A stretch of DNA of 60,465 bases from Methanothrix sp. (GTDB taxonomy: Archaea; Halobacteriota; Methanosarcinia; Methanotrichales; Methanotrichaceae): assembly GCA_049663825.1 (NCBI GenBank), contig JBATEC010000183.1:1-60465 (forward strand). The letters run 5' to 3'. The notes under the pieces are model-generated. The model saw only the letters and a program-made list of their open reading frames with translations, was not told where the DNA came from and did not search any database. Position 1 is the first letter of the stretch, and every line of letters begins with the position of its first letter. A program made the position numbers and the translations under genes. Shown piece by piece: positions 9,395 through 18,822 of this stretch.

Positions 9395-10771
9395 TCATGC
9401 TCCCGTAGCTATGTTCTTTGCCGCCATCTCGTAATAGCTATCAGGCACGCCTTCCAGCTTGCCCTGGCCTTTAATCAGCGGCGGATAGATAAATACACCA
9501 TGCCGGTCCAGGTCATAGTCCAGCCCCAGGAAACTCTGCAAGTACTCTTGATGCAGATCCTCGGGGTCCAGCTCCACCTCGTCGGGATGGAAGATCTTGG
9601 CCAGGTAAGCTGCGCCGATAAGGCCCTTGCTGGCATCATTTCTCAGATTTCCGCTCACGATGTAAACATGGCAGTTTCGAACAGCGGTGAGGTTGGCATA
9701 CTCCGGTCGGTCCATGAAGGCCTCCAGTGCCTCTTTCATTCCGGTCGCATTATCGGCATCGTATCCGCTGGGCGGGTCGAGCACCAGTCCGCTGTAGGTG
9801 GTGGCAACTACCAGGAGGATAATATATTCAGGATCTTCGTGTAGCACCCACTCCGGGTCGACCTCTATTCTATAAGCGGACTTCATGAAGTCTGGCAGAT
9901 TAGCGGCCACCGTCTTTCCCCCAGCCAGCTCCACCATGCTGCTCAAGGTGTCGATCTTGGCAAAGGTGAAGATGGTCTTCACATCAGCTTCCGGATAAGC
10001 AGCCACCAGAACCGTCGGCTTCTCGTTATCGGGAATCTTCCCGGTTGTCTCCTTTAATTTATTGAGCGAATCTATGTGCCACTGAATATATTCTTCAGCA
10101 TCCTGCCGGGCATCCATAACATATCCCAATTTACGCACGGCATCTGTGAACGCAGAGGTCTCAGGATTGAGCAGATCGGGATAGTAAAGGCCGGCAAAGA
10201 GCACAGAAACGCCGGGCAGGTTCTTCTTCTTTTCCGCAGTAACGTTGGAGAAGACCAGAAGAATATCCGGATTCAGGCTCAATACCTTCTCGTAGTCCGG
10301 CTCCTTGTGCATGGCCCCCACGCTCGTCCGTCCGGACAGTGCCGGAAACTCCGCAGGGGACTTAGCTACAGCAAGGTCCACGCCCACTACTTTGTCCGTC
10401 TTCTTGAGGATCTGCATCAGATCAGCATTATCCAGATACTCCGCCACAATTCGTTCTACTGGTTTCTTGATGGTGATGGGCAAATTGTTGCCGTCCAAGA
10501 TGGTGAGATTGCTTTCCGTTTCGTTTATGATCATCTCCACTTGGGTTATGTCTTTGGCATCAACCTTGCCGTCGAAGTTGGCGTCAGCCAATTCAGTTGA
10601 TTTCTCCTTTCCCTCGACTATGGCTTTTAGGAAAACGATGTCAGACTGATCGACGATTCCGTCCATGTTGGCATTGCCAAAGATGTGCAGGACATAGGCA
10701 GATCCTGATGCTATGGGCAGTGCGATGGCGCAAAGGACCAGGATGGCCACGAGGTTTAGGTTCGTTCTCAT
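9395..10771 (-). CDS. Iron/cobalamin-type ABC substrate-binding protein with N-terminal dockerin-like EF-hand pair
   Basis: Signal peptide; GNANMDGIVDQSD / DANFDGKVDAKD; KPVERIV, PDYEKVLSLNPD, AKIFHP. Confidence 0.85.
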   Translation of the reverse strand: MRTNLNLVAILVLCAIALPIASGSAYVLHIFGNANMDGIVDQSDIVFLKAIVEGKEKSTELADANFDGKVDAKDITQVEMIINETESNLTILDGNNLPITIKKPVERIVAEYLDNADLMQILKKTDKVVGVDLAVAKSPAEFPALSGRTSVGAMHKEPDYEKVLSLNPDILLVFSNVTAEKKKNLPGVSVLFAGLYYPDLLNPETSAFTDAVRKLGYVMDARQDAEEYIQWHIDSLNKLKETTGKIPDNEKPTVLVAAYPEADVKTIFTFAKIDTLSSMVELAGGKTVAANLPDFMKSAYRIEVDPEWVLHEDPEYIILLVVATTYSGLVLDPPSGYDADNATGMKEALEAFMDRPEYANLTAVRNCHVYIVSGNLRNDASKGLIGAAYLAKIFHPDEVELDPEDLHQEYLQSFLGLDYDLDRHGVFIYPPLIKGQGKLEGVPDSYYEMAAKNIATGA

Positions 10772-10980
10772 TTATGATCTCCTTTTCCCGGAAGGCATCA
10801 AGCACAATCCAGATCTTGAGAAGTCCAGGATATTTCGATTTCGAATGTTATCAAATTCATAGTTAATGTTTAAATTTATAACCTTTATGCTTATTAGTAA
10901 TACTATCCGTTTTAATTTCATAATCCTATGTTTTCTTGTAATAATTCCTACACTCAACAATTTAATATGTAACATCCAAC

Positions 10981-11475
10981 ATGCAGAATGACGTTCAAGC
11001 TAATAGGGGCTATTTGATCATGAACCAAACAACATCCGCATGCAAATACACAGGCATAGACAAGGATTATTCCATTGAGGACTTAGCGGCATTTCACGGC
11101 CACCTCGGCCCTTACATCGTCCTGGGCTACAGGATGGGCAGATATGCCCGGAATAATTTCTGCAGCGACCCCTTCCAGATGAAAGCGGCCGTCTTCTGCG
11201 AGGGCGTGCCTCCAGAGTCGTGCCTGGCCGACGGCGTGCAGATCGGAAGCGGGTGCACCCTTGGCAAAAGGAACATCGAGATTATTGCCGGAAGCGACAT
11301 CCGCTGTGAGTTTTCCTGCGGCGAGAGAACGATGATCATCAGTCCGAGGCAGATTGCCTTTCCGCCCCAGGGCAGCGACGACAGCGACCGGCTTATCGAA
11401 AAGCTGGCAGAGGATATGTTCAGCATGCCTGATGCAGAGCTTTTCACCGCGAACCTGCGCCAGTCTTCAGGCTAA
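10981..11475 (+). CDS. FmdE-family protein (start may be a downstream ATG)
   Basis: FHGHLGP...LGYRMG, C.ADGVQ..SGCTLGKRN. Confidence 0.88.
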   Translation: MQNDVQANRGYLIMNQTTSACKYTGIDKDYSIEDLAAFHGHLGPYIVLGYRMGRYARNNFCSDPFQMKAAVFCEGVPPESCLADGVQIGSGCTLGKRNIEIIAGSDIRCEFSCGERTMIISPRQIAFPPQGSDDSDRLIEKLAEDMFSMPDAELFTANLRQSSG

Positions 11476-11489
11476 CAGGGTGAGCGGGT

Positions 11490-12239
11490 TTGAGCATCAT
11501 AGATCTGGCGGGAATCTACACGGCATACGAGGGGGGCGAGAAGGCCGTCATCAAGGACCTGTCGCTTAGCGTAGACAGGGGCGAATATGTTGTCATCGGC
11601 GGCCCCAACAGCGCCGGCAAGACGACACTGCTGGAGTCGATAAACGGCCTTGTCAAGATCACGCACGGCAGTGCAAACGTCTGCGGCCTGAATGTCTCTT
11701 CCCAGGCCGACGAGGTGCGACGTAGGGTGGGCTATGTCATACAGAATTTCTATTTCGATCCCTTCACGCCCTTCACCGTAGAGCAGGTGGTGATGATGGG
11801 ACGTTTTGGCCGCCTTGGGCTGATGAACCGCCCGGCGAGAGAAGACTACGATGCCGCCCAAAGGGCCATCATCCAGGTCGGAATCGAGGATTTGGCACAT
11901 AAGACCATCGGCACCCTCAGTGGCGGCCAGCAGCAAAAAGCCATGATCGCCCACAACATCGCCAAGGAGCCGGAGGTTATGATGCTGGACGAGCCATTCA
12001 GCAACCTCGATTTTTATGTCAGGGAATATCTGCAAGGCGTTTTTAAAGATATGGCAAGAAAGGGAGTGCCCATCCTCATGGTTTCCCATGCCTTCGACGG
12101 GCTTCCCGACATACCCATCCGCCTGGTGGTCATGAATCTGGGCAGGATCTCCTGCGACAGGAATTGCCGGGCAGAAGAGGTAGAAGACATCATAAGAAAA
12201 GAGTGCGTGGTGCCTGGAAAATGCTTGAGCCGCTCATAG
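11490..12239 (+). CDS. Metal (Zn/Mn/Ni) ABC transporter ATP-binding protein
   Basis: GPNSAGKT, LSGGQQQ, MLDEPF, VSH. Confidence 0.88.
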   Translation: MSIIDLAGIYTAYEGGEKAVIKDLSLSVDRGEYVVIGGPNSAGKTTLLESINGLVKITHGSANVCGLNVSSQADEVRRRVGYVIQNFYFDPFTPFTVEQVVMMGRFGRLGLMNRPAREDYDAAQRAIIQVGIEDLAHKTIGTLSGGQQQKAMIAHNIAKEPEVMMLDEPFSNLDFYVREYLQGVFKDMARKGVPILMVSHAFDGLPDIPIRLVVMNLGRISCDRNCRAEEVEDIIRKECVVPGKCLSRS

Positions 12240-13051
12240 AGAATAACGTAGTCTGTCATGCCCTCGAAGCCATGATCTTTGCTTCCATCACATGCAGCAT
12301 CCTCGGCGTTATCATCTCCCGCATGAGCCTCTCTTCCATCGGCTTTACCATGTCGCATGCCGCCTTTGCCGGAGCCGCCCTCGGCATGTTCCTGGGAGCC
12401 AATGCCCAGATGACGGCCATTGCTTTCAGCATGGTGGTGGCAGCTTTAATCGGACCGGTGAGCGACAAAGCCAAAATGGCTGTGGATGCGACTTTAGGCG
12501 TTCTCTTCGCCATGTCCATGGCGGTAGCCATTTTTTTAATCTCTTACATGGAGTACATGGGCAAAGGGCTCTCGGCAAGCAGCCTGCTCTTTGGAGACGT
12601 CGTCTCTCTTTACAGGGAGGAGATCTACGCCCTGGCTGCCGTCTGCTGCCTTACCATCATCTTCGTTTCGGCATTTTACAAGGAGATCTCGGCGATCATG
12701 TTCAACATGAAGATAGCCGAAGCGGCAGGCATGCGGGTCAAGCTGGTGTATTACACACTATTATTCATCATCGCACTCTCTGTGGCGCTCAGCCTGAACA
12801 TCGTGGGTGGCCTTTTAATCTTCGTATTGCTGGTGACACCCGCATCCATAGCAGGCCAGTTCTGCTTTAATGTGAGGAGCATGTTCATCGTAGCGCCGGC
12901 GATAGCCCTCTTCGTGAGCGCCTTCGGCGTCTGGGCCGCCTTTGAATATACGTTGCCTGTTGCACCCCTGGCGGCACTACTGCTCACGGCAGCATTCGCA
13001 TTGTCTGTGATGCTCTCATTTAAGAGGAGGATAAATACAAAGATGAATTGA
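12221..13051 (+). CDS. Metal ABC transporter permease (ABC-3/ZnuB type)
   Basis: MSHAAFAGAALG, LLFGD, VGGLLIFVLLVTPA. Confidence 0.88.
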   Translation: MLEPLIENNVVCHALEAMIFASITCSILGVIISRMSLSSIGFTMSHAAFAGAALGMFLGANAQMTAIAFSMVVAALIGPVSDKAKMAVDATLGVLFAMSMAVAIFLISYMEYMGKGLSASSLLFGDVVSLYREEIYALAAVCCLTIIFVSAFYKEISAIMFNMKIAEAAGMRVKLVYYTLLFIIALSVALSLNIVGGLLIFVLLVTPASIAGQFCFNVRSMFIVAPAIALFVSAFGVWAAFEYTLPVAPLAALLLTAAFALSVMLSFKRRINTKMN

Positions 13052-13142
13052 GATATGAATCGCAGAACGCCCGTACTTGCAAGACGGCGAACGCCTCCCA
13101 TCTGCCCGGCCTAGTCTTCACGACTTGCTGGGTAATAAATTG

Positions 13143-13190
13143 GTAACACACAGACGCTGTTAATAGTAACTCTTAAATAATTTGTGTTAC
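13143..13190. promoter_or_regulatory. Inverted-repeat operator candidate upstream of metal SBP
   Basis: GTAACT-N13-TGTTAC at 13166-13190 plus a GTAACAC half-site at 13143. Confidence 0.35.
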
Positions 13191-13202
13191 AAAACGTGAT
13201 TT

Positions 13203-14093
13203 ATGAAAGAAATTGGATTATATAGCTTACCTATATTGTTGCTGGCGATCTTCCTGATAGTTCCCGCCTGTGCTGAACCGGCGCCGGGAGCTTTCAAGAT
13301 CGTCTGCACCACCAGTGTATTGATGGACCCGGCCACCTACATCGGCGGCGACAGAGTGCAGGCCATCTCGATTGCCGATCCAACCCTCTGCCCGCACCTG
13401 CAGACAGATATCATTCCCAGCCGCATCCAGCTCAATATGGATTTCATCAAGAACGCAGACCTCTTTATGGCATACAACGACAGCAACGATCTGAAGTACA
13501 ACATGCCTGCGGTCAGCGACTTCATGAAAGCCAACAACTACGGAGAGTTTTTCTGGAATACCACCTCCAGTCCCTCTCGCGGATGGAACACCCCAGCCAA
13601 TGCCAAGCTTCTGGCCGGGGAGGTAAAGGGCTGGCTGGTGCAGTTTGACCCGGCCAACGAAAGCTACTATAATGAGCGCTATAACGAATACGTGAAAACC
13701 TTCGATGCTGTTGAGCCAACCGTTGACGAGAGAGAGCAACTCAACCAGACACAGGTCATAGTCATGCTCTGGCAAAATGAGCCCGTGCAAAACTGGCTGG
13801 GCATGAATGTGGTGAACTTCTTTGCACCCGAGTTTGCCATGAATAGAACTAAGACGGCTGCTAAGATCGTGGACGACATCAATGCCAACCCGGACAAATA
13901 CCAGAACGTAACCTATGTCATTGAGAACATGCAGTCTGGAGATCTGGCCAAGGGCATTGAAGAGTCACTTAAGGACAAGGGCATCAATGCCACGCGCGTC
14001 ATCTTCACCAACTTCCCGGGCTCCGTGCCGAAAGCGGATACCATGGCAGAGGTGCTAAGCTACAACAAGCAGCTTGTGCTCCAGACAGCCTGA
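13203..14093 (+). CDS. Metal ABC transporter substrate-binding protein (ZnuA/TroA type)
   Basis: Signal peptide; IVCTTSVL, CPH, DPANESYYNERY; follows ATPase and permease. Confidence 0.8.
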   Translation: MKEIGLYSLPILLLAIFLIVPACAEPAPGAFKIVCTTSVLMDPATYIGGDRVQAISIADPTLCPHLQTDIIPSRIQLNMDFIKNADLFMAYNDSNDLKYNMPAVSDFMKANNYGEFFWNTTSSPSRGWNTPANAKLLAGEVKGWLVQFDPANESYYNERYNEYVKTFDAVEPTVDEREQLNQTQVIVMLWQNEPVQNWLGMNVVNFFAPEFAMNRTKTAAKIVDDINANPDKYQNVTYVIENMQSGDLAKGIEESLKDKGINATRVIFTNFPGSVPKADTMAEVLSYNKQLVLQTA

Positions 14094-14198
14094 TGATACT
14101 TCATGCGGAAAGCTCGGGCCCCAGGAGAAAGGCAGATCTTCTACGTCCTCCTTTCGGATTTCTTTTTTCAGGATTTTATAGAGGGTAATTTGGGTTGA

Positions 14199-14226
14199 GT
14201 AATACTAATACAAGAAGTTTTATTAC
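14199..14226. promoter_or_regulatory. NikR-like operator candidate
   Basis: Perfect GTAATA-N16-TATTAC palindrome. Confidence 0.4.
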
Positions 14227-14304
14227 TAGATAGCAGGATACTACCTAATAGATGTGTAGAATGTATTCGAGAGCACAACGCTCACGGGAAAATGGAGACT
14301 TGGA

Positions 14305-14715
14305 ATGATGTCGGAAACAGGATCCTGCGGAGTCTTTGAGTATAGAGCTCAGCCTAGGGACTCCTTGAGCATTCTCCTGGCCGAGGACGACCCCACCAAC
14401 CAGAAAATCACCACACGGATGCTCAGGAAGCTGGGCCACGATGCCGACATAGCATGCAATGGCAATGAGGTTTTAACAGCTCTGGAAAGACGCTCCTACG
14501 ATCTGGTGCTCATGGACATCCAGATGCCTGAAATGGACGGACTGCAGGCCACCAGAATCATTCGGAAACGCTGGCCACGGGGCCCGAGAATCGTATTTGT
14601 CACCGCCTGCACTAATTACAGAGAGACCTGCATAAAAGAGGGTGGCGATGGTTTTCTGGCCAAGCCAATAAGCATGATGCAACTGCAGGCGGCTATCGAG
14701 CATAATGTAGATTGA
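14305..14715 (+). CDS. Single-domain response regulator (REC)
   Basis: ILLAEDD, DLVLMDIQMPEMDG, VTA, FLAKP. Confidence 0.92.
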   Translation: MMSETGSCGVFEYRAQPRDSLSILLAEDDPTNQKITTRMLRKLGHDADIACNGNEVLTALERRSYDLVLMDIQMPEMDGLQATRIIRKRWPRGPRIVFVTACTNYRETCIKEGGDGFLAKPISMMQLQAAIEHNVD

Positions 14716-14936
14716 TACCCTATTGATATCCTGGCCTTTGCGTCGATGATTCATGCTCATCACGCCAATCACGCCCCAGCGCTCTTAAGAGAATGATAGC
14801 ATCTCGATTTGCTGGTTCACACATAATCCACAAGGAGTATTGGTGTATTTACGACGACATAAATCAGAAAAGTTAACATATATTACACTTAACTATTGAA
14901 AATAGTTTTATAGTAGAAAAACAGTAATAGTATGTC

Positions 14937-15107
14937 ATGAAAGGAAGAAAGCTCGATACATACTCCAAAAAAGCAATAACATCAGAGATAACGTATTTCG
15001 ATGACGAACTCAATCCGGTCCCCAGGGACAGAGCCACCTGGGCCGTGTTCCGGGAGATGGACGAAAACGGGGCCCTTCTCTTTGAAGCGCAGGGATTCAT
15101 AGATTAG
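14937..15107 (+). CDS. Small hypothetical protein, 56 aa (below ORF-track cutoff)
   Basis: Own translation MKGRKLDTYSKKAITSEITYFDDELNPVPRDRATWAVFREMDENGALLFEAQGFID; AT-rich promoter-like region upstream. Confidence 0.6.
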   Translation: MKGRKLDTYSKKAITSEITYFDDELNPVPRDRATWAVFREMDENGALLFEAQGFID

Positions 15108-15145
15108 CGAATGTCCGGAAAGACAGTTAATATTTTTTCCAAAAT

Positions 15146-15727
15146 TTATTTCAATGCCAAAATTATAACTGCGCCTTCGGCTCGGATCGAGAGTCCCGCA
15201 TGTCTCTTATCCCGTCGCCGAACAAATGGAAAGCTAAAACCGTGACGGTTATGGCAATTCCCGGAAAGATCATCATCAACGGGTGGGATCTGAGAAAGGG
15301 CCGGGCGTCGTTCATCATCGATCCCCACTCCGGAGTGGGTGGCTGAACGCCAAGCCCAAGAAAGCTCAAGGAAGATGCTGGGGAAAGAGAGAAAAGCATC
15401 AACCACGCGCATGACCGCCTCATCCAGAAAACCGCTGTAGTACCCAGCTGCGCTCCCCAGGATCGTGCCGATCAAGGCGGAAAAAAGCACTATAGAAAGT
15501 CCTATAAAGAGAGAGATCCGGATTCCAAACAGAATGCGGCTGAAGATGCAGCGCCCCAAATGATCTGTGCCCAAAGGATACTCCCCGCAGGGGTCCATCA
15601 GTCGCAATTGAGGCTGGGCATTTTCAGGATCGTGGGGCGCAATCCATCCGGCGGCAACTGCAAGCAGGAGTAGAGCGAATATGGTCAGAAGGGACAGCGC
15701 AAGTCCGAGGTCAATCCTGTGCTTCAT
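15146..15727 (-). pseudogene. Nik/Opp/Dpp ABC permease (NikC/DppC type), internally deleted and frameshifted
   Basis: PLGTDHLGRCIFSR, then LSFLGLGVQPPTPEWG in another frame; EAA loop missing. Confidence 0.85.
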
Positions 15728-15900
15728 GAGCCATCCTCGGGTTTAGATAGTAGTAGAAGACATCCGTCAGAAGATTAAGGCATGCTGGTGCGTATCATCC
15801 TGCTGGTCACAGCGGCGGCGGATATGCCCAGGGTTATGGCTGGCAGGACTAAATGCTCAAGGTCGCCACTCTCTCCGTATCCTGCCACGGGCAGCATATT
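15724..15900 (-). pseudogene. Fragments of a NikB/DppB permease
   Basis: MLPVAGYG...HLVLPAITLG and LNLLTDV..NPR remnants on the minus strand. Confidence 0.6.
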
Positions 15901-15904
15901 TTTT

Positions 15905-16055
15905 GATGGGACGGACAAAACCAGCGAGTTGTCCTGGCAAGAATTCTGGCGGTAAATCCTGAGTTAGCAGTAGCGGATGAGCCTACGGCCTCCCTGGATG
16001 TCTCAGTGCAGGCTCAGATCCTCCGGCTTATGATGGATCTAAAGAGAGAATTATA
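15905..16055 (+). pseudogene. Fragment of a NikE/OppF ATPase, opposite orientation
   Basis: [40 protein letters not shown]. Confidence 0.7.
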
Positions 16056-16324
16056 ATATCGATTTTTGGTGTTGTTTCCTGCGGTATGCTCAAAGAAAAA
16101 GCCTCGGAGGAAAAATCAGTCCGATGCATAGTGCGGCATCTAAAAGCACTCACTTCTTCCTGTCACCACCTGTGAAATTGGTAACCAATTAAAAAACGCT
16201 TCCTGCTTATTTCTATCGATTTAAATATTGATATAATCCATAACAATTGATCTAAATAATTTATGAACAAAAGAGATTTATATAAGTATTATGCTAACAA
16301 ACGAACATAATAAGAGGAATAGAT

Positions 16325-17431
16325 ATGAAGATACAGTCAATTTCAGCTTTGCTAATTCTACCGTTGATAGCATTGCTCCTCTGCGGCTCTACTTTGGCTG
16401 CAGACTACCCCTTGACCATCACCGACACTGCAGGCAGAGAGGTCACCTTTCCCCAGTCTGTTGGACGTATAATTGTTCTCAGTTCGGATGCAGCCGAGGC
16501 CGTGGTCATGCTGGGCGCAGCAGATAAGGTGGTCGGCGTCTCGGATACCGTGCTGAAAAAGAGCTACTACTTCCCCCAGCTCGCGAAGAAGCAGAGCATT
16601 GGCAAGTGGAATGCGCCGGACTATGAGATGATAGGAGAGGTCGCCAAGGGTGGAGAAGAGAGCATCACACCCGACATCTTAGTTATCGGATACAGCTATC
16701 CAGACAAGTCCTATGGAATATTTGGTGTAGAAAAGGGCCTGGCTCCATTTAAGGATATAAAGGCTGTAGCCCTGGAGTTCACAAAGCCCGAGAACATGAC
16801 GCGGGAGATCGAGACATTGGGCCAGATCCTGGGTAAAGAGACAGAAGCCCAGGATTACATCAACTGGTACGATGAGAAGAGGTCCGCGGTGGAGCAGGCT
16901 GTGAATGGCCTGAACAAGCCCAAGGTTTATGCGGAGTGGAGTTCAACCTCTGATCTCTCTACCCTGGGTGCTGGCTCCGGTTTTGATCAGGTTTTAAGCG
17001 TGGCCAATGGCTACAACATTGCCAAGAAGCTCGGCGATGCCTATCCCAAGGTGGGCTGGGAATGGGTTGTCACCCAAAACCCGGAAGTCATACTCAAGAG
17101 GCAGACCCAGTCCTCTGATCAGAAACAAATCGGATGGGCAGCAGGGCCCTCTCAGGACACTGTCACGCTTGAATCCGCGAGAAATGAGTTGCTGGCTAGA
17201 TCAGGGGCAAAGGGGATTTCTGCAGTCAAGGCGGACAGGGTTTATGTCATGGACTGGGATGTTTTGAACGGCCTGGACCAGGTGGTAGGAATTACCTATC
17301 TGGCGAAACTGCTTCATCCCGAGGTTGACCTTGATCCAGTAAGCGTTCACAAGGAATATCTGCAGCTTCTGGGGCTGGGGTATCCGGAGGAAAGGACTTT
17401 CGTCTACCCTGAACTTGCGAGTGCCAGCTAA
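16325..17431 (+). CDS. Iron-siderophore/cobalamin ABC substrate-binding protein
   Basis: Signal peptide; TITDTAGREVT, EWVVTQNPEVI, YLAKLLHP. Confidence 0.88.
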   Translation: MKIQSISALLILPLIALLLCGSTLAADYPLTITDTAGREVTFPQSVGRIIVLSSDAAEAVVMLGAADKVVGVSDTVLKKSYYFPQLAKKQSIGKWNAPDYEMIGEVAKGGEESITPDILVIGYSYPDKSYGIFGVEKGLAPFKDIKAVALEFTKPENMTREIETLGQILGKETEAQDYINWYDEKRSAVEQAVNGLNKPKVYAEWSSTSDLSTLGAGSGFDQVLSVANGYNIAKKLGDAYPKVGWEWVVTQNPEVILKRQTQSSDQKQIGWAAGPSQDTVTLESARNELLARSGAKGISAVKADRVYVMDWDVLNGLDQVVGITYLAKLLHPEVDLDPVSVHKEYLQLLGLGYPEERTFVYPELASAS

Positions 17432-17708
17432 TCTCAAAGCCAACCATTCTACTTTTTTTGAAATTTTTTATTCGCATTTTTCCTATGCCTGGCAGGCAAT
17501 TTATGATTAAGTAATACCCAACCCAAAATGTTTATCAATAATGACTTAAATTGCAAAATGTGATCATATGAATAGAGGCAAAAATTGGGATTATCTATGA
17601 AAGAAAGGAGGATCTGTTTGCCGATACTAACTGCATGCAAAATTAGGTCGTCAAATCCTTCTTCTGCCTGGAAAAAACGAAGCTGCATCACAATCCTGGA
17701 GCACTGAG

Positions 17709-18782
17709 ATGCCCACAGGAATATCGGCCAAAAGTGTCCTGCTGAGGGAGAAGTACCAGCAGTTTGTGGGCAGAAAGATGCTTTTTCTCATCCTCCTCGT
17801 GATAGGAATCGTTCTTCTGGCAGGTGTGGCCGCAACCTTAGGTTCTGCCGATATAAGCGTCCTGGATGTCTATTCTGCCATTTTAGCCAGGCTCTTTCCA
17901 GGCAGCTTTCAGACTTCCTGGTTTGCGGACACGATCGTTTGGGGACTGCGGCTGCACCGCATTCTTCTGTCCATCGTAGCGGGCATGGGCCTGGCCATCG
18001 CGGGTGCTGTGATGCAGGGTATCCTCAAAAACCCCCTGGCCAGCCCCTTCACATTGGGCATCTCCTCAGCGGCCAGCTTTGGAGCCGCCCTGGCCATAGT
18101 TTTAGGAGCAGGCTTTGTGGGGGGCGAGTGGATGATCATAGGAAATGCCTTTGTCTTCACCCTGCTTGCTTCCATGACCGTATACGGCCTGGCCAAATAC
18201 AAGGGCATCACTCCCGAGACCATGATTTTGGCTGGAATTGCCATCATGTACCTTTTCCAGGCCATGACCTCCTTCCTGCAATATGTGGGGCATGCGGAGC
18301 AGGTGCAAGAGGTGGTCTTCTGGATGATGGGTAGCATGGGCAGGTCATCCTGGGATAAAGTCTGGATTGTGACTGCAGTCATAGCTATCTGCTTTCCCTA
18401 TCTCTTGCTCAAATCCTGGGACATTAATGCCTTAGGCGCAGGGGATGAGACGGCCACCAGCCTGGGTGTAAATGTAGAAAAGACACGGGTCATCTGCATG
18501 ATGGCGGTATCGTTTATAACTGCGAGCGTGATCTGCTTTACCGGCACCATCGGCTTCATCGGCCTGGTCTCGCCCCACATCACACGCATGGTCATCGGCG
18601 GAGATCACAGGTTCTTGCTGCCCGCCTCGGCCCTGGTGGGCGGACTGCTTTTGCTAGCAGCAGATACCGCAGCGCGAACCATTCTGGCTCCGGTCATCCT
18701 GCCCGTGGGAATCATGACCGCCTTCCTGGGAGTGCCGTTCTTCGTATATCTGTTCATGAGGCGGAAGAAAGAATTCTGGTAA
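17709..18782 (+). CDS. FecCD/BtuC-family permease
   Basis: LKNPLASPFTLGISSAA, GTIGFIGLVSPH, LPVGIMTAFLGVPFF. Confidence 0.93.
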   Translation: MPTGISAKSVLLREKYQQFVGRKMLFLILLVIGIVLLAGVAATLGSADISVLDVYSAILARLFPGSFQTSWFADTIVWGLRLHRILLSIVAGMGLAIAGAVMQGILKNPLASPFTLGISSAASFGAALAIVLGAGFVGGEWMIIGNAFVFTLLASMTVYGLAKYKGITPETMILAGIAIMYLFQAMTSFLQYVGHAEQVQEVVFWMMGSMGRSSWDKVWIVTAVIAICFPYLLLKSWDINALGAGDETATSLGVNVEKTRVICMMAVSFITASVICFTGTIGFIGLVSPHITRMVIGGDHRFLLPASALVGGLLLLAADTAARTILAPVILPVGIMTAFLGVPFFVYLFMRRKKEFW

Positions 18783-18822
18783 AGAGAAAAATGTGATGCA
18801 GAAAGCTTTTATTTTTAGGCTT

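Noticed and set aside
11598..11625. Walker A variant GPNSAGKT in the ABC ATPase
   Set aside because: Still fits GxxxxGKT; no evidence of inactivation
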